A stretch of DNA of 64,000 nt from Candidatus Cloacimonadales bacterium (lineage in GTDB: Bacteria > Cloacimonadota > Cloacimonadia > Cloacimonadales > JAFGVF01). The DNA is taken from assembly GCA_963678315.1 (NCBI GenBank), contig OY782781.1, positions 704,001 to 768,000 of the forward strand, in the 5' to 3' direction. Positions 9,408-19,911 of the stretch are shown in pieces. The notes below the pieces were generated by a model. That model was not told where the DNA came from. It did no database searches and saw only the letters and a program-made list of their open reading frames with translations. Position 1 is the first letter of the stretch; the number at the start of each line of letters is the position of its first letter. The position numbers and the translations under genes were made by a program.

Positions 9408-12163
9408 TATCTTCTCCTCCTTAAATCTTCTCTACTTATCTGATTAGAATAGGTCCGTACTTTTCCTTTTTCAGGAATAAAGAATCCTTCATCAGCTATG
9501 ATATTTAAGACTTCTATTAATTTGCCCTGAAGATTTTCTATCAGTTCTTTAGAACTCTTTTTCTCTTCATCCCACAGCTGTTTATATACTTGATAAATGG
9601 CTCCCTTTATACTTTCTCCAGCCATTATATTATCTAAATAGTAAATATATTCATAAATAGTTAATTGCTGTTTATTGTAGTTACCAGTCTTGAAATCTAC
9701 TAGCCATTTCCTATCATTCTCTAAACTTTCTATACGCAAATCAGCTTTACCTCTAACCCCAATATTTAAGCCATAATCATTTCTTGAAGACTCTATAAAA
9801 TCTCGGTAAGCTTGCTCTTTCTTAGTCATGAAATCACCTTCTGGAATTAGCTTGATCTTGTGCTCAGATAGATTCAAGAAAGAGTGCATTATTCTATTGA
9901 AGAAGTGCTTCATCCCCTCAATAACAAGATCTCTGAAGACCTTATTAATAAACTGCTTTGAATAGTTATGAGGAATTTTGAAATCTTGATTTGGATAATT
10001 GCTCATGAGAGAATCAAAAACCTGGCTCAAATACTTTTCGTCTAAAAACTGGAACTTATAATATACTTCTTCATTAGGAAATGTTTGATTAATTCGAGAA
10101 ACAATATGATTAATATAATCTTGGGTCAATATACCAATAAACCTGAAATCCTGCTTAGGAGAATCATATAAATCCTGATGCCTTAATCCAGCATAATCAG
10201 ATACCAAATAGTTAAAAGGATTTTCTATTAAGTGACTCAACTGAGTATAGGATAAATCTAATCTCCCACTTCCAGCTGTTAATGAATCTTGACTTATCTT
10301 AACCTTAAAAAATTCATCATTAATCTCTTTCTTATATAGAACATCATTTTTCAATAATTGGGAATAACCCATATCATCTGTATTTATCTTATATTGACTG
10401 CTATCTATAGCCATTTCTTCTATGTAAGAAGACATTTCAGTGTTTTCATCAAGATCTACAATCGTAAACAAGTAAACTTCTTTAGAAGTTAATAAAAGCC
10501 TATAGAAATAGTACTTTTCACGGAGTCTAATATCCTCATAAGACTTTAGTCCTATAACTTCTCTTTGCTTTTCATTAAAGATGAATTGACTGGATCTTCT
10601 CTTGGGAAATTCACCTTCTACCATATTCAAAAATGCTACTGAATCATAGCTGTTATTTCTGGTATCAAGCAAGGAGTTTATACGAATACGATTCTTTCTA
10701 TCTAGTGCTTTATAACTGATTTTCTTGGATTTCAAACCATCATAAAATAGCTTATAGATAATCAAATGACTTGCCTTAGATGATAATTCAGACCAATCAC
10801 TAATCAAATCATTGAAGTTAAAGGATTTTAGGTTAGCAAGCTCTGTGTAAAAGACCTCTCTTAGATTGCTATATTTCTTTTCATAACTAGTACACAACTT
10901 ATCTATGATTATACCTTCTTCATTGTCGATAAGCTCTATCAGGTTGTTCATAGAATTTATCTTGCTTACCTTTTCGACCAAGGTCAATATCTTCTGAATA
11001 CTCTCTTTTAGTTCTGAGCTATATCTAATCTTTTCTAAAGAAAGATTCTTATCTAAATAGAGAAATCCATTATCCAATAAGCGATTGAGTTCATCTACTA
11101 ACTTCCTAGAATTAGCAAGCTCAAAATAAGCTACAACTTGCGGGTTCAAGAATGCCTTTATTACTTGGTAGGTTGGTATATAGTATCGGTTATTGTAGTA
11201 TTCATAATTGTTAAGTAAATCATTCAATATTGAGAAGAAATGAAATAAAGCACTAGAGCTTATTGGCTGAGTATATCCAATAGAAAACTTGTCTTTACTT
11301 AAGATTTGCGAATAACTTTTTTCATAGAAATCCTTATCTATTATCTGTGAAACTTTATTCTCATTTAATACCCCACACAAAGAATTCAACATTGTGAATT
11401 CATTCTTACAAACATGAACCTCTACTTTCTCATTTATACCTAAATCTTTTATATCACTAAAAGAGAAGTCCAAACAACTTAAAGTCTCCTTATCAACAAA
11501 CTTTTCAGGAATTTGATAACATAAAGTAAGCTCTTTTCCTTGCTCATGGAATAAGTTAATTATCTTACGTTCAAGACCTGTATAGTAAAATTGATTAACA
11601 AAATATATTCTTTCATATTTAGCAAAACTACTTATGTTTATCAATTCTTGCCTGAGAAAGAATATCCTGTCTGCATAACCCCTTTCTTTGAGACTTTCCC
11701 TATATCTAGTAAGTAAATCAAGAACCTTAGTAAAGTAGTCTTCTTGCCACTCAAACAGTGATACAGCTTTATTATGTAGTTCTTCAAGCAAAGTACTAGA
11801 ATCAACCATTTCTTCAGATAATTCTTCGAATAAAGAAAATATTTTGTTAGCTAAAATAATAAAATCAAAGAAGTCGCTTACGTTGAAATATTTTTTGTCT
11901 TCATCTGTTAAGACTTGATACAAAGCTACAACCCTCTTATCATCGGCTAAAAGACTCTTATCGGTAGCTAAAACAATATTCTTCAGCTCTTCCATAGAGA
12001 AGAAGAGAATATCCTCGAATTGCCAATTCTTCTGGAAAATCCCCTGCACCCTATTTGCATTATTTTTAGATGGATATACCACAATTGTCTTATCTTTATT
12101 TTCTACAAACCCCTCTATATCAAGCAAATTATCTTCAAAATTAAAGAACTTAAATTTTACCAT
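9407..12163 (-). CDS. addB: AddB-like subunit (degenerate helicase plus PD-(D/E)XK nuclease)
   Basis: LSYTQL...P, GKADL...VDFKTG...QL nuclease motifs; stop/start overlap with the addA-like gene. Confidence 0.7.
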   Translation of the reverse strand: MVKFKFFNFEDNLLDIEGFVENKDKTIVVYPSKNNANRVQGIFQKNWQFEDILFFSMEELKNIVLATDKSLLADDKRVVALYQVLTDEDKKYFNVSDFFDFIILANKIFSLFEELSEEMVDSSTLLEELHNKAVSLFEWQEDYFTKVLDLLTRYRESLKERGYADRIFFLRQELINISSFAKYERIYFVNQFYYTGLERKIINLFHEQGKELTLCYQIPEKFVDKETLSCLDFSFSDIKDLGINEKVEVHVCKNEFTMLNSLCGVLNENKVSQIIDKDFYEKSYSQILSKDKFSIGYTQPISSSALFHFFSILNDLLNNYEYYNNRYYIPTYQVIKAFLNPQVVAYFELANSRKLVDELNRLLDNGFLYLDKNLSLEKIRYSSELKESIQKILTLVEKVSKINSMNNLIELIDNEEGIIIDKLCTSYEKKYSNLREVFYTELANLKSFNFNDLISDWSELSSKASHLIIYKLFYDGLKSKKISYKALDRKNRIRINSLLDTRNNSYDSVAFLNMVEGEFPKRRSSQFIFNEKQREVIGLKSYEDIRLREKYYFYRLLLTSKEVYLFTIVDLDENTEMSSYIEEMAIDSSQYKINTDDMGYSQLLKNDVLYKKEINDEFFKVKISQDSLTAGSGRLDLSYTQLSHLIENPFNYLVSDYAGLRHQDLYDSPKQDFRFIGILTQDYINHIVSRINQTFPNEEVYYKFQFLDEKYLSQVFDSLMSNYPNQDFKIPHNYSKQFINKVFRDLVIEGMKHFFNRIMHSFLNLSEHKIKLIPEGDFMTKKEQAYRDFIESSRNDYGLNIGVRGKADLRIESLENDRKWLVDFKTGNYNKQQLTIYEYIYYLDNIMAGESIKGAIYQVYKQLWDEEKKSSKELIENLQGKLIEVLNIIADEGFFIPEKGKVRTYSNQISREDLRRRR

Positions 12164-12212
12164 ACCAACTCCTTAGCTAGACATTAAATCCAAATTTATA
12201 TTCCGTTATTCA

Positions 12213-12242
12213 ATTATAATATCTATCCTAAAAATGTTGCAA
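12213..12242 (-). promoter_or_regulatory. Candidate sigma70 promoter for the addBA operon
   Basis: Minus strand TTGCAA-N18-TATAAT about 50 nt upstream of the ATG. Confidence 0.35.
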
Positions 12243-12314
12243 GGAAAATTAAAAAGTTTTTAACAATTACACTTTCTCAAAGTGAACTCTATCACAACTC
12301 CTACTAACTCCTTG

Positions 12315-12570
12315 CTTACTTGCCTCCTTGAAAAAAAGCCGATTTTTCAAGGAGACCCTTAAGGAAGAAGGGAGGAGTGAGTGAGTTAAAAGTTGGGACA
12401 GGGCATACTGGGATCGCCAGCCTCCGAGCTGGCTTCACTTAGAACGCAGTGATAAGTGAATTTGTAGAGACGTTTGGAAAAACGTCTCAGATACAAGCTA
12501 GAAGCTTGTGCACCCAGAGGGTGATGGAGTGTAAGCATCCACCGATAGGTTGAACGAAGTTCATGCTTAC
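12315..12570. repeat. Composite REP/MITE-like intergenic repeat, copy 1
   Basis: Modules: TTGAAAAA..TTTTTCAA mini-IR (12315-12364), ACTGGGAxCGC..GC, GTAGAGACGTTT..AAACGTCTC hairpin, ACAAGCT..AGCTTGT hairpin. Near-identical inverted copy at 18872-19047. Confidence 0.85.
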
Positions 12571-12596
12571 ACAAAGATAACCACCTCCCATAAGTA

Positions 12597-12625
12597 CAAA
12601 AAAGCCCCAGAACAAGTCTAGGGCT
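12597..12625 (-). terminator. Intrinsic terminator of glnA
   Basis: Minus-strand AGCCCUAGA-loop-UCUGGGGCU followed by a U tract. Confidence 0.7.
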
Positions 12626-12649
12626 ATATATATTTTTCTTATTTAACTA

Positions 12650-14083
12650 TTAAACACTATAATATAAAGAAACTTCCATTGGATGAGGTCTATTATAAAC
12701 TTCAGCAACTTCTTTACGTTTCATAGCGATGAATGATTCAATAAGTTCTATATTGAAAACATCTCCAGCAAGAAGATAATCATGGTCAGCTTCTAAAGCA
12801 TCTAAAGCTTGAGTTAAGTTTTCAGGAACTGAGTTAAGAGTAGCTTTCTTATCTTCAGGCCAAGCGAAAACATTATCATCATAAGGACCGAAGTTATGAT
12901 CAGCTGGATTGATTTTCTTTTGAATACCATCAAGACCTGCAAGAAGAAGAGCAGACATTGCTAAGTATGGGTTACATGTAGCATCACCTGTTCTAAATTC
13001 AACACGTTTGAGTTCTTCTGTTGTTGCATATTTAGGGATTCTAATTGCAGCAGATCTATTAGCAAGTCCGAAGAAGAGCTTAGTTGGTGCTTCAAAACCA
13101 GGAAGCAATCTCTTATAAGAGTTTGTTGATGGGTTAGTTAAAGCAGCTAAAGAACGTCCGTGAAGAAGGATACCGCCCATAAACCAGATAGCTTCGTCTG
13201 AAAGGTCTGCGTATTTACCTTCTTGGAAGAAGATATTCTTTCCATCTTTCTTTAATTGAATATGGAAGTGCATACCGTTACCAGCTTCATTATAGATTGG
13301 TTTTGGCATAAATGTAGCAGTAAAACCATTCTCTAAAGAGATTCTTCTGATAAGGTCTTTGATAACTTTTACATCATCACAGATTTTAGGGAAAGGTAAT
13401 AATTCTGTTTCAATTTCTTGTTGTGAAGATAAGCCAACTTCGTGGTGGTTATATCTTACATCAATACCTAGCTCTTCAATTTTATCAGACATTTGAAGTC
13501 TTAAACCATAGAATCTATCAAAAGGATTATCCATGTGATAACCTTTAACACCAGCTTGAGCTAAGCCGTTGTAGTCGATACATTCGCTTGGGAAACAAGT
13601 TTTATCTTCTGATGAAGAGATTTGGCATTGTACATTGTATTTATCATTAGAATATTTAATATCATCAAAGATATGAAATTCAAATTCAGGAATCCAAAGC
13701 GAAGTATCAGCAATACCAGTTGATTCCATGTATTTTTGAGCTCTCAGAGCAACTGATCTTGGGTCTTTCTTAACACCAATTCTAGTATCAGCATCACAGA
13801 TTGAGCAAAGAATTCTTAGCACACCACCGTCAAAATCATAGTCTTGAACTGGGTCAAAGTGAGCAGAAGTGATATCTGGCATTAAAACCATATCACCAGA
13901 CTCAACAGCTCTCATACCAGGAATACTTGAACCATCAAACGGTACACCAAGTTTCAAAACACTTTCAAATCTTGCAGCTGGAAATGAGATATGATACCAT
14001 TTTCCATCAAGACCAGCGTACTTCAAATCAATCGCTTTGATTTCACCAGAAGCGATTAAATCACGAATTTTTTGTAATTCCAT
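12650..14083 (-). CDS. glnA: Type I glutamine synthetase
   Basis: FDGSSI, HHEV, TFMPKP, GNGMHFH, NSYKRLLPGFEAP, NRSAAIRIP and RVEFR motifs. Start set at ATG 14083 behind AGGGGG. Confidence 0.96.
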   Translation of the reverse strand: MELQKIRDLIASGEIKAIDLKYAGLDGKWYHISFPAARFESVLKLGVPFDGSSIPGMRAVESGDMVLMPDITSAHFDPVQDYDFDGGVLRILCSICDADTRIGVKKDPRSVALRAQKYMESTGIADTSLWIPEFEFHIFDDIKYSNDKYNVQCQISSSEDKTCFPSECIDYNGLAQAGVKGYHMDNPFDRFYGLRLQMSDKIEELGIDVRYNHHEVGLSSQQEIETELLPFPKICDDVKVIKDLIRRISLENGFTATFMPKPIYNEAGNGMHFHIQLKKDGKNIFFQEGKYADLSDEAIWFMGGILLHGRSLAALTNPSTNSYKRLLPGFEAPTKLFFGLANRSAAIRIPKYATTEELKRVEFRTGDATCNPYLAMSALLLAGLDGIQKKINPADHNFGPYDDNVFAWPEDKKATLNSVPENLTQALDALEADHDYLLAGDVFNIELIESFIAMKRKEVAEVYNRPHPMEVSLYYSV

Positions 14084-14141
14084 TTTTCCCCCTAATAAGA
14101 TTAGCACAATCTTATATAAGTATATATTTTTTGTTTTTTAT

Positions 14142-14804
14142 TTAAAAGAATAAGTTGATAAAGCCATACAAAATCGACCAAACTATTTGAACCGGTTTAT
14201 TGATAACTAGTCCAATTATTGAAATATTAAGAATATTACCTAAAAGCATTGCTCCCAGAATAATATACATACCGTATCTTTCTAGTTTAGAGTATTGTAT
14301 ATAAGCTTCATCAGATAAAAAAGCACCTACAACTCTTGAACCATCAAGAGGTGGCACAGGTATTAGATTAAACAGAGCTAAGAAGATATTTACTTGCATT
14401 GTTAATATCAAAACTTCAAAGATTCTAGCATTAGCAGATATCTCTAATTTAGCTAAAAGGACATAAACCAAAGCTAAGAAGAAGGCTATAACGAAATTCA
14501 TTATAGGACCAGCAGCCCCAGTAATACCCATTCCTCTCTTATAATTCTTGAAGTTATATGGGTTTATTGGCACAGGTTTAGCATATCCAAAAGCAAAACC
14601 AGCCATTGAATAAAGTATTATTGGTAATATAATTGTTCCAAAAATATCAATGTGCTTTAAAGGATTTAAGGATAATCTACCTTGTCTCTTAGCTGTATCA
14701 TCTCCCAACAAATAAGCAGAATAACCATGACTTATCTCATGCAAAACGATTGACATGAAGATAAAGACAAAGGCTAATACAGAAGATGTTAAATCTAATT
14801 TCAT
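14142..14804 (-). CDS. Site-2 protease (peptidase M50)
   Basis: HEISH and FNLIPVPPLDG motifs; hydrophobic. Confidence 0.93.
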   Translation of the reverse strand: MKLDLTSSVLAFVFIFMSIVLHEISHGYSAYLLGDDTAKRQGRLSLNPLKHIDIFGTIILPIILYSMAGFAFGYAKPVPINPYNFKNYKRGMGITGAAGPIMNFVIAFFLALVYVLLAKLEISANARIFEVLILTMQVNIFLALFNLIPVPPLDGSRVVGAFLSDEAYIQYSKLERYGMYIILGAMLLGNILNISIIGLVINKPVQIVWSILYGFINLFF

Positions 14805-14826
14805 ATATTCATACCTTAGTTAAATG

Positions 14827-16029
14827 TTACTTTTTAATAATCTTAGCAAAACGTCTTTTACCAACTTTTACTATGATTTCTTGACCTAATTCAACTTCTA
14901 AATCAGGATTATTAATTTTATCACCATTAATTGAAACAGCATTTTGTTTAAGCATTCTCTTAGCTTCTCCATTAGTCTTGCAAAGCTCAGTATCAGTAAG
15001 AAGTTTAACTATCCATAGCTTATCTTCTGCAAAGGCAAATTCAGGAATATCATCAGGAAGCTTACCTTTAGCAAAGACTTCATTAAAAGCTGTTTCTTCA
15101 GCTAAACCAGCTTCTTGACCATGATAGATAGATACTATTGCTCTAGCTAATTCTTGCTTCATATTCTTAGGATTCTCACCTGATTCAAGACGCTTTTCAA
15201 TCTCTTTAATCTCTTCAGGAGTATAGTTAGTTGCATAGTTGAAGTAGTTTGTGATAAGGTTATCAGGTATTGACATTACTTTACCATACTTATCCTTAGG
15301 TGTATCAAAGACAGCTATGTAGTTGTTGAGTGATTTACCCATCTTGTTAACACCATCTGTTCCTAATAGAATAGGGGACATGATAGCAACCTGCTCTTCT
15401 TGTCCGAAGTATCTTTGCATATCTCTACCAGCTAAAAGATTGAACTTTTGTTCAGTAGCACCAAGCTCAATGTCAGCTTCAACAGCTACAGAATCATAAC
15501 CTTGTAGAATTGGGTACATTATTTCATGCATTCCCAATGGAAGACCATTCTCATATCTTTTACGGAATGTATCATGTGCTAAGAATTGAGCAAGAGTGAA
15601 CTTACCCATAAGCTTGATTACATCAGCCATAGTCATTCCACCGAACCATTCTGATTGATATCTAACTTCTGTTTTATCTTTATCTAAAACAGTATATAAC
15701 TGCTCCATATATTTTTCACTATTAATCTTTACTTGCTCTGGAGTTAATGGTGGTCTTGTTTCGTTCTTACCTGTAGGATCTCCAATCTGTGCTGTAAAAT
15801 CTCCAATAATAATAACACCTGTGTGTCCTAAATCTTGGAATTGTCTCATCTTTCTAATTGGAACTAAGTGACCTATATGCACGTCTGAACCTGTTGGGTC
15901 AATACCATATTTTATTCTAAGAGGTTTTCCTGTCTTTTCAGCTTTCTTAAGCTTCTCAATTAATTTATCTTCGGGAACAATTTCCTCTACACTTTGTTTT
16001 AACAACTTTACTTGTTCTTCTATAGTCAT
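14827..16029 (-). CDS. tyrS: Tyrosine-tRNA ligase
   Basis: GIDPT, HIGH, GDPTGK and KMGKS motifs; C-terminal S4 domain (VGKRRF). Confidence 0.97.
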   Translation of the reverse strand: MTIEEQVKLLKQSVEEIVPEDKLIEKLKKAEKTGKPLRIKYGIDPTGSDVHIGHLVPIRKMRQFQDLGHTGVIIIGDFTAQIGDPTGKNETRPPLTPEQVKINSEKYMEQLYTVLDKDKTEVRYQSEWFGGMTMADVIKLMGKFTLAQFLAHDTFRKRYENGLPLGMHEIMYPILQGYDSVAVEADIELGATEQKFNLLAGRDMQRYFGQEEQVAIMSPILLGTDGVNKMGKSLNNYIAVFDTPKDKYGKVMSIPDNLITNYFNYATNYTPEEIKEIEKRLESGENPKNMKQELARAIVSIYHGQEAGLAEETAFNEVFAKGKLPDDIPEFAFAEDKLWIVKLLTDTELCKTNGEAKRMLKQNAVSINGDKINNPDLEVELGQEIIVKVGKRRFAKIIKK

Positions 16030-16147
16030 CTCTATACCTCTTCTTCATACGAAATTTTAAGCGAATTTTCAACAAATGCATTTTTGTTAAAAACCCTATT
16101 TATCGTCAAGCTAATTCCGAACTTACGCTATTCGATAGCCTAAACGT

Positions 16148-16181
16148 AAAAAGAGAGTACTAACACTGGGTCAGTACTCTC
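16148..16181 (-). terminator. Intrinsic terminator
   Basis: GAGAGTACT..AGTACTCTC stem followed by a U tract on the minus strand. Confidence 0.7.
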
Positions 16182-16227
16182 CTAACTAATTTATAATTTT
16201 TGTGTATTTACTTTTCTAATCTTGCTA

Positions 16228-18480
16228 CTATTTCATCAACACCATTTTCTTCATTTGGCTCTTTCCAGCATTTTTAATTTTGTAGAAGTAGAGTCCTGAA
16301 GAAACTTTTTGTCCTTTATTGTTTTGACCATTCCAAACAACATTATGAGTACCTGCTGAACGGCTATCATTAACTAAAGTTTTCACTAATTGACCTTTAG
16401 AATTATATACGTTTAGAGAAACAGGACCAGCTTTTTGAACATTGAAGCTAATAGTTGTTTCAGGGTTGAATGGGTTAGGGTAGTTTTGGTTAAGCATAGA
16501 AGCTACAGGAGTAATACTGCTATCATTATTTGGTGTAGCACCATTGAAGTGAATATCAATAGCTGAGTACATCATAGAACCTTGTGTATCTTGACCAACA
16601 CCTTGTAGTGAAGGACCGTAAGTAGAATCATCCATATAGAATAAGTGTAATCTACCAACTTTATTACCTTGGTCGTCTGTTCCGATGTAATCTATTTTGT
16701 TACCTGGGTCTGCGAAAGCAATAGTTTGACCTGCAAACTCAGTATTTCCAACAGAGCTAAGAGCCATTGGTTCTGACCATGAAATACCATTATCAGCAGA
16801 AACAGCAATCATAACTTCAGCTTGTTGAGCAAAGTCTGAATATTCAGGGTAATCTTCTGGATATTTGTTGTACATTCTAGCTTTCTTACTATCATGCCAA
16901 ACCATAGCCATCATGCCTTCTTCGTTAGCTTCAGTAATTCTTACCATGTGAAGAGCAAACATCATTTTGTTATCATCAATTGTTTCGTCCCAGTATTGAT
17001 AAGGCCAAAGAGTAGTTAAAACAGGAGAACCCCAATAGTCTGTATCTTCAGCAGTAACACCATCATCAGTACCATCGTAAGTACCATCATCAAGAATTTC
17101 ATCAACTATGCCATCACTATCAGCATCCCACCATAACCATGGAGTTTCAGTTGATAATGCATCTGTGTTGTTTGTAAGATCTATTGTTGGGTTTGAACTT
17201 TGAGGATATACTTCTGTAAGAGTAAATTCTTCAGTGTTAGTATCAAAAGTTACATCTTTGATTACATGAAGAGCTGGATAATAAGAACCTTCAAAAGTCT
17301 TTTGTGTATAGAATAAAGGAATATGTAGTCTACCTATTTCATCTACACTTACATTGAAGTGTGAAGATTGACCAATACCAATGTAGAAGTCTGAATCTGC
17401 ATGATCTTCTTGTTGGTCAAAGTATTCTTTATCGAGTTCTGTACCTTGGTGATCACCTGTTGGGTTTATATAGTTAGGGTTTGAAGATTCGAAACCTGCA
17501 TATACAGAGAATCTTTCCCATTCACCTTCACCATAATTAGAACATCTAAATACATCTAAATCAGCTTCATTGATTGAAGCGTCATCAGTTTCAATACCTT
17601 CAGCTGCAATATGATAACCAACATAATATAAGTTGTCTTCATGAACTACGAATGTGAAGTAAGGTCTTCTAAATTCGCCTGTAGAAACATTCCACTCGTT
17701 TAAAGTTGGAATAGAAGTAACTTGCCATCCTGAACTATCTAAAGATTGATATTCAATTTCTGTTTCAGTGAAATCTTTAAAATAGATAAGAACGTTTTCT
17801 GATACACCAGAACCGTTTTGAGTAGCATTCTTACCCATAACATAGATTCTTTGATGATCTGCTAATGGAGAAGGACCAATCTTAAGAGTAGGCCAGATAA
17901 ACTCATTATCATCATAAGAAGTTCCATTAACTTCAAAAGAAGCAAAGTTATCGATAACAGTGAATGGATCTGAGTTCATATCAACTACAGAACCACCAAG
18001 AACTGCATCATAACCAAAAATTGTTTCTAATTGGTCATCACTATCATTATTTCCATGATAAGCAAAGAAAGGTTCACCATTAGCTGTTAAATCAACTGTT
18101 GCGTAACCTTCACCTACATCGTTTGTGTTGAATAATGTGTTTGAAACTACGTTTCCTGTTTGGTCAACAAAAGCCTTATAAACACGTCTTTGTGATGACG
18201 GTGTAGCTTTAGCATGGTAAACAATCCAGTTACCGTTTAACATACCTTCAACTCTGCGTATTGGAGTTGAAGAATATCCACCTGGGAAATAATCATAATA
18301 ATTGTTAACTATTGAAACTGGTGATATTGCAACTTCAAAGTCTGCAACATATTTCGCGTCTGTTTTTAACATTGTTGTAGCTTTTTCATCGATTGACTCT
18401 TGCTTTTCAATCCTTTCATTAGCTAGAACTGTTGTAGAAATTAATGCTAAAAGCATTAAACTTACTAATAAACGTTTCAT
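16228..18480 (-). CDS. Secreted acidic protein with C-terminal FlgD-Ig/T9SS-like sorting domain
   Basis: Signal peptide MKRLLVSLMLL (ATG 18480 after GGAGG); C-terminal LNQNYPNPFNPETTISF...VSSGLYFY...KKMVLMK; one SxDxGxxW (Asp-box-like) motif. Confidence 0.8.
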   Translation of the reverse strand: MKRLLVSLMLLALISTTVLANERIEKQESIDEKATTMLKTDAKYVADFEVAISPVSIVNNYYDYFPGGYSSTPIRRVEGMLNGNWIVYHAKATPSSQRRVYKAFVDQTGNVVSNTLFNTNDVGEGYATVDLTANGEPFFAYHGNNDSDDQLETIFGYDAVLGGSVVDMNSDPFTVIDNFASFEVNGTSYDDNEFIWPTLKIGPSPLADHQRIYVMGKNATQNGSGVSENVLIYFKDFTETEIEYQSLDSSGWQVTSIPTLNEWNVSTGEFRRPYFTFVVHEDNLYYVGYHIAAEGIETDDASINEADLDVFRCSNYGEGEWERFSVYAGFESSNPNYINPTGDHQGTELDKEYFDQQEDHADSDFYIGIGQSSHFNVSVDEIGRLHIPLFYTQKTFEGSYYPALHVIKDVTFDTNTEEFTLTEVYPQSSNPTIDLTNNTDALSTETPWLWWDADSDGIVDEILDDGTYDGTDDGVTAEDTDYWGSPVLTTLWPYQYWDETIDDNKMMFALHMVRITEANEEGMMAMVWHDSKKARMYNKYPEDYPEYSDFAQQAEVMIAVSADNGISWSEPMALSSVGNTEFAGQTIAFADPGNKIDYIGTDDQGNKVGRLHLFYMDDSTYGPSLQGVGQDTQGSMMYSAIDIHFNGATPNNDSSITPVASMLNQNYPNPFNPETTISFNVQKAGPVSLNVYNSKGQLVKTLVNDSRSAGTHNVVWNGQNNKGQKVSSGLYFYKIKNAGKSQMKKMVLMK

Positions 18481-18871
18481 AAATCCTCCCACTTGATTTT
18501 CAGACGATATACATCTGGTTACGTTTATAAATCTAATCACATCGATACACATCTTCAGCTTGCCTTGTTAGCTTTCTAAGATGTATATCAATATTTATAT
18601 ATCTATAATTTAACTCAAAAGTCAAGTGCTTTTTAACTCAATATGTCGCTTTTACACATTTCCGCAGACAGATTGTCTTATTTATAATTTGAAATACAAA
18701 TACTGCTAAAGCTTATTATATAGTATTTTAGAGCTTTTTAGTAATTTTCTAATATTCTATTTTGTATATAATGGTTACTTTTTTAACTATGTTTACAGTG
18801 TTCTTTAAATTCAATAATTGTTACATGGAATTGGCTTTGAAGAGATGTATCCTTTTCAGGATAAAGCAAGA

Positions 18872-19047
18872 GAGACGTTTTTCCAAACGTCTCTACAAAT
18901 TCACTTATAACTTCGTTCTAAGTGAAGCCAGCACGGAGGCTGGCGTTCCCAGTTTTAGCCAGCACGGAGGCTGGCGTCCCCAGTGTCCTAACTCCTGCCT
19001 TAAGGGTCTCATTGAAAAATCGGCTTTTTTTCAAAGAGGCAAGTAAG
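18872..19047. repeat. Composite REP/MITE-like repeat, copy 2 (inverted relative to copy 1)
   Basis: Reverse complement of the 12315-12488 modules, with the GCCAGCACGGAGGCTGGCG..CCCAGT unit duplicated. Confidence 0.85.
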
Positions 19048-19143
19048 GGTGGAGTATATTTACCCTTTTAATGGAAAGATAATATCTCGGCTGACGAAGT
19101 GCTATAAGCTTATGTTGATATTAACCCAAACAATGCACTAGGT

Positions 19144-19911
19144 TTAATAATATTTCTTCCAGAGAAGTAAAAATAGGGCATGTACAAGAATTTGAAAAAA
19201 GAAGGCTGTTGTAATTATAATAAGAAGGTAGAAATACACTTCTGTCATGTTGTAGAAGATTCTGGCATTATTAAAGAGAAAGCCTAAGCCGTTATCACAT
19301 CCAACAAATTCACCTAGAATAATGATTTTTAGAGATAGGGCAGAGCAAACTAAAGTATTCATTTTGAAGACAGGGATTAGTTTTGGGATATAGACATTAG
19401 CAACAATATCCTTGAATCCACCACCAAACACGTTAACAACTTCCACAAGTTCTTTAGTGTGGTCAAGAAGTCCATTCACAGTGTTAGAGGCAACAATTGG
19501 GGTAATCATAATAACTATCATACCGATGGGTACAACCGAACCAGTGCTGTAAAAAAGCAAGAGAATTGTTCCAATTATGACACCTGGTATCACTTGAAGA
19601 AGGGATAGTAAATCTTCTATATACTCGTGTATTTTGAGGTAATAAGAGATAATCCCAATGACAGTTCCCAAGAGAAATGAGATAATAAATCCGATAGCAA
19701 GTCTAGTCAAAGTAATTTCATAATGAAGCCAGACTTGGTTAGCAGACAAAATTTCATGCCTACTTGCCCAAACATTCAATGGAGAGGGCACTATTGAAGC
19801 ATTAAAAAACTGGGAAATTACTCCCCAGATTATTAAAAAAATTATAAAACCAAAAAGGGTCTTTTTAATCGAGTTCCAGAATATAGTCAGCAAGTTTATT
19901 ATCCTTAGCAA
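19144..19911 (-). CDS. ABC transporter permease (NitT/TauT/SsuC-like); start uncertain
   Basis: VPSP, TLTRLAIGF, EAA-like loop and GE...GLG motifs. Confidence 0.8.
   Translation of the reverse strand: MLRIINLLTIFWNSIKKTLFGFIIFLIIWGVISQFFNASIVPSPLNVWASRHEILSANQVWLHYEITLTRLAIGFIISFLLGTVIGIISYYLKIHEYIEDLLSLLQVIPGVIIGTILLLFYSTGSVVPIGMIVIMITPIVASNTVNGLLDHTKELVEVVNVFGGGFKDIVANVYIPKLIPVFKMNTLVCSALSLKIIILGEFVGCDNGLGFLFNNARIFYNMTEVYFYLLIIITTAFFFQILVHALFLLLWKKYY

Noticed and set aside
12386..12574. 62-aa ORF (also 18762-19046, 32082-32325, 32606-32830, 34694-34948)
   Set aside because: These are translations of the composite repeats; shared peptides reflect repeat DNA, and no protein motifs are recognisable.
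16030..16147. T-box leader upstream of tyrS
   Set aside because: Region too short, and no T-box consensus seen.
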